Shown piece after piece: positions 62,031-64,000 of a DNA stretch of 64,000 nt. The translations under genes and the position numbers were made by a program. How positions within the stretch are numbered: the first letter of the stretch is position 1; every line of letters starts with the position of its first letter. Under the pieces are notes generated by a model, which worked only from the letters and a program-made list of their open reading frames with translations, searched no databases and had not been told where the DNA came from. The stretch spans positions 28,682,277-28,746,276 of the forward strand of contig NC_057718.1 in NCBI RefSeq assembly GCF_004010195.1, read 5' to 3'. This DNA is from Chiloscyllium plagiosum (Eukaryota).

Positions 62031-62338
62031 GGTGGCTCAGTGGTTAGCACTGCTGCCTCACAGCATCAGGGACTTGGGTTCGATTCCAGCCTCGGGTGAC
62101 TGTCTTGGAGTTTGTGCATTCTCGCTGTGTCTGCGTGGGTTTCCTCTGGGTGCTCCAGTTTCCTCCCACAGTCTAAAGATGTGCAGGTCAGGTGAATTGG
62201 CTGTGCTGAATTGCCCATAGTGTTAGGCGCAGTAGTCAGGGATAAAATGTAGGGGAATGGGTCTGGGAGGGTTACTCTTCAGAGGGTCAGTGTGGACTTG
62301 TTGGGCTGAAGGGCCTGTTTCCATACTAATCTAATCTA
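62031..62338 (+). mobile_element. HE1 SINE
   Basis: A box TGGCTCAGTGG, B box GGTTCGATTCC, V core and AATCT tail. Confidence 0.9.
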
Positions 62339-64000
62339 TACCAGTTCCATGTTCCCAACCATACCCTGTGATCATCTGTCAGACCTCTTACATTGAAATA
62401 AATGCAGCTTAATTTATCAGTCATGACTATTTGACTTGCTCCTCTTCTCAACTGCACCAGCCTCAGACTTATCTCCTATCCCACTATCTCTTTGGGCCCC
62501 CTCCCACTTAATACTTTAAAGCCTCCCAAGTAGCACTGGCAAATTTCCCTGCCAGAATATAGTCCCCTTCCAATTCAGATGCAACCGGTCTTTTTATACA
62601 GGTCACTTCTACCCTAGAAGAGATTCCAATGATCCAAAAATGTGAATCCCTGCTGCTTGGGCCAGCTCCTCAGCCACACATTCATCTGCTCTATCCTCCT
62701 ATTCCCACTCTCACCAGCACGTAGCACCAGGAACAATCCAGCTGTGACTTTTTAACCTCCTGCCTTATTTCCCATATGCTGTCTTGAGAATCTCGTTCCT
62801 TTCTCTTTCTATGTTGTTGTTACCAAAATGTACAAGGATCTCCTGCTGATCACGCTCCCCTTTGAGATTATTCTGCACCCTGTCCAAGACATTCTTGACT
62901 CTGGTAAACACCATTCTGATGTTTTGCTGTTGGCAACAGAAATGTCTAGCTGGGCCCCTGACTAGAGAGTCCCCTATCAAAATCGATTCCTGGACCCTGA
63001 CATAGCCTTCATTACAGTAGAACTAGTTTTGGTATTAGAAATCTGGCTGCCAGTGTTACATTCCAACACGTTGTACTTTGCCTAATTAACTAAGTAGCCT
63101 AATGTGTGGTACCTTATCAAGCATCTTCTAAAAATCCAAATAAACTTCATTTACTGCTTCCCCTTTACCTATACTGCTTGTTACCTCCTCAAAAAATTTT
63201 AATGCATTTGTCAGCCATGATTTTCCTTTCATGAAGCCATGCTAACTATGCTTGATCATATTATGCATTTCTAAATGCTCGGTTATTACATTGTTTCTAA
63301 CTGACTCTAACATTTTCCCAATAACAGACATTAAGCTAACTACTTATAGTTAACTTTTTTTTTATCTTCTTCCCTTTTTAAATGATAGTGCTGTATTTGT
63401 AGTCTTTCAATCCTCTTGGACTTCTCAAAAATCTATGGTGAGGAACTCACGTTGTATCTGCCAAATGCCTGTCCAACATCGACAAGGCAAAAGCCAAGAG
63501 GAGTGTGATGGAATACTCTTCACTTACTTAGATGAGAGCAGTTACTACAGTACTCAAGAAACTCAATACCATCCATTACTAAACAGTTCACTTCATTGGT
63601 AGTCCATCTAACACGTTTAATATTCATTCAACCTGCTACTTGCTCGTCGTGGCAACAGTGCATGCAATCTCCAAGCACTACCAGCGTCCTTCAATAACAT
63701 CTTTCAACTCATGGCCTTGAAGACCAAAAGCAGCAGATGTCTGAGAACAGCAGACCATATAAGCCATGTACTATCCTGACTTGGAACAACATCAGCATTC
63801 TTTCACTCTCACTCACCTTTGTAATGGCAAGCAATATTGACACATCAGTACAGCAAAGATGATGTCAGAGTTCAAAAGTTTTCTTGAGGGTGGTCTCTGA
63901 GATTTCCCCGGGATAATTTTTGATTATTAGATTAGATTATGAGCTCCTTTGATCTAAAGATTTATGTTAGAAACCAAATTGTTCTCAAAGCAGGCATTTG

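Larger units (their letters stand above)
59148..62995 (-). mobile_element. Decayed near full-length CR1 LINE (ORF1 esterase to tail) with two HE1 insertions
   Basis: IGDSLVRG and VHFGNNN (ORF 62765..62980); APE remnants; DLSKTFDK and VPQGSVL (ORF 59987..60226); tail at 59148. Confidence 0.88.

Overview
This is vertebrate nuclear DNA, almost certainly from a shark or ray, judged from the abundant HE1-type SINEs and CR1/HER1-type LINEs. Most of the window is transposon-derived. The host gene is not shown as a unit in the ORF track. Five + strand exons (2099-2211, 16925-17114, 22161-22283, 34275-34407, 40251-40356) splice in compatible phases and encode the C-terminal part of a single-pass membrane protein: SEA-like domain, calcium-binding EGF, transmembrane helix and short tail. 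Its 5' exons lie upstream of the window. The mobile content includes several decayed near-full-length and truncated CR1 LINEs, HE1 SINEs, a Rex1/Babar 3' end, and a complete but decayed Gmr1-like Gypsy LTR element (integrase upstream of RT, CATG TSD). Two families of Penelope-like elements (PLEs) are also present. The most striking non-coding signal is a set of short PLE-derived fold-back inserts with 10-16 bp TSDs that carry minimal hammerhead ribozyme motifs. One very young copy (42756-43292) has identical 106-bp inverted arms, two intact hammerhead cores, and a filler copied from flanking host DNA. Other features are a tRNA-Asn pseudogene, a 27-bp minisatellite inserted in a CR1, a strong CTCF-like site, a possible short-intron gene relic and a 217-N assembly gap (49233-49449). 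All calls were made by eye, so boundaries of old repeats are approximate.
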